Assembly: GCA_035084275.1 (NCBI GenBank) | Contig: CM068745.1 | Location: 82,460,001-82,524,000 of the forward strand | DNA length: 64,000 nt | Reading direction: 5' to 3' | DNA from: Hydrolagus colliei | Taxonomy: Eukaryota | Part shown: positions 63,732-64,000 of the stretch, in pieces | How the letters are laid out: each line of letters begins with the position of its first letter | How positions within the stretch are numbered: position 1 is the stretch's first letter | Translations under genes and position numbers: made by a program | The notes under the pieces: generated by a model | Seen by the model: only the letters and a program-made list of their open reading frames with translations | Database searches by the model: none | Told to the model about the DNA's origin: nothing

Positions 63732-64000
63732 GTGAGTGTATGTGGACCTTTCATTATTCCTCAGCCTGTTTGATAGTGAAACGAGTGAGGAGGCTGCGTT
63801 TGCTTCCCTTTTGGAAGAAATGCTTCCAACCCTTCCCTCCTGAGTTGTAAATCGATTGCAGAGATTCTGGCACTCCAGAGCTGCACCTTTTCAGCCTGCT
63901 GAACTGGAGATAATTACCAGTGTGGGGGGTTTTTTGCAAACCTGTAAACCTGAACAGTGACTGTGGTGTAACAGAGGGAAAGCTGTTGCCTACTTCTCTG

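Noticed and set aside
1-64000. CRISPR array, rRNA, viral or prokaryotic systems
   Set aside because: No regularly spaced repeat-spacer arrays and no rRNA or phage-like genes; all recurrent motifs are explained by SINE/LINE tails.

Overview
Repeat-rich vertebrate genomic DNA. The L2, CR1 and Deu-type SINE content suggests a cartilaginous fish such as a chimaera; this is inference only. The one clear gene is a + strand PTGFRN (EWI-F/CD9P-1) orthologue. Eight coding exons (19644-32198) have canonical AG/GT sites and are all phase 1. They encode six V-type Ig domains, a TM helix and a tail ending MEMD. Its signal-peptide exon was not securely located. A signal-peptide exon of a probable next gene lies at 63647-63731 (CD101/IGSF3-like by synteny inference only). 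The rest is L2 and CR1 LINE fragments, a young tRNA-derived SINE (about 18 copies), older Deu-domain SINEs, one nested hAT-type MITE, two Tigger-type MITEs and microsatellites. No CRISPR, rRNA or true tRNA genes were seen, and I found no convincing new multi-gene system. The most notable unexplained structures are four: (1) a perfect 57-bp inverted copy of sequence 2.1 kb upstream, embedded in a snap-back scar in a CR1 tail; (2) a near-intact L2 ORF2 split by 1332 bp of non-L2 DNA flanked by a 92-bp direct repeat; (3) a signal-peptide-like candidate first exon in PTGFRN intron 6 that could give a single-Ig isoform; (4) tail-swapped and back-to-back SINE/L2 chimeras. Repeat boundaries were read by eye and are approximate. 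Exon numbers assume an unlocated exon 1.
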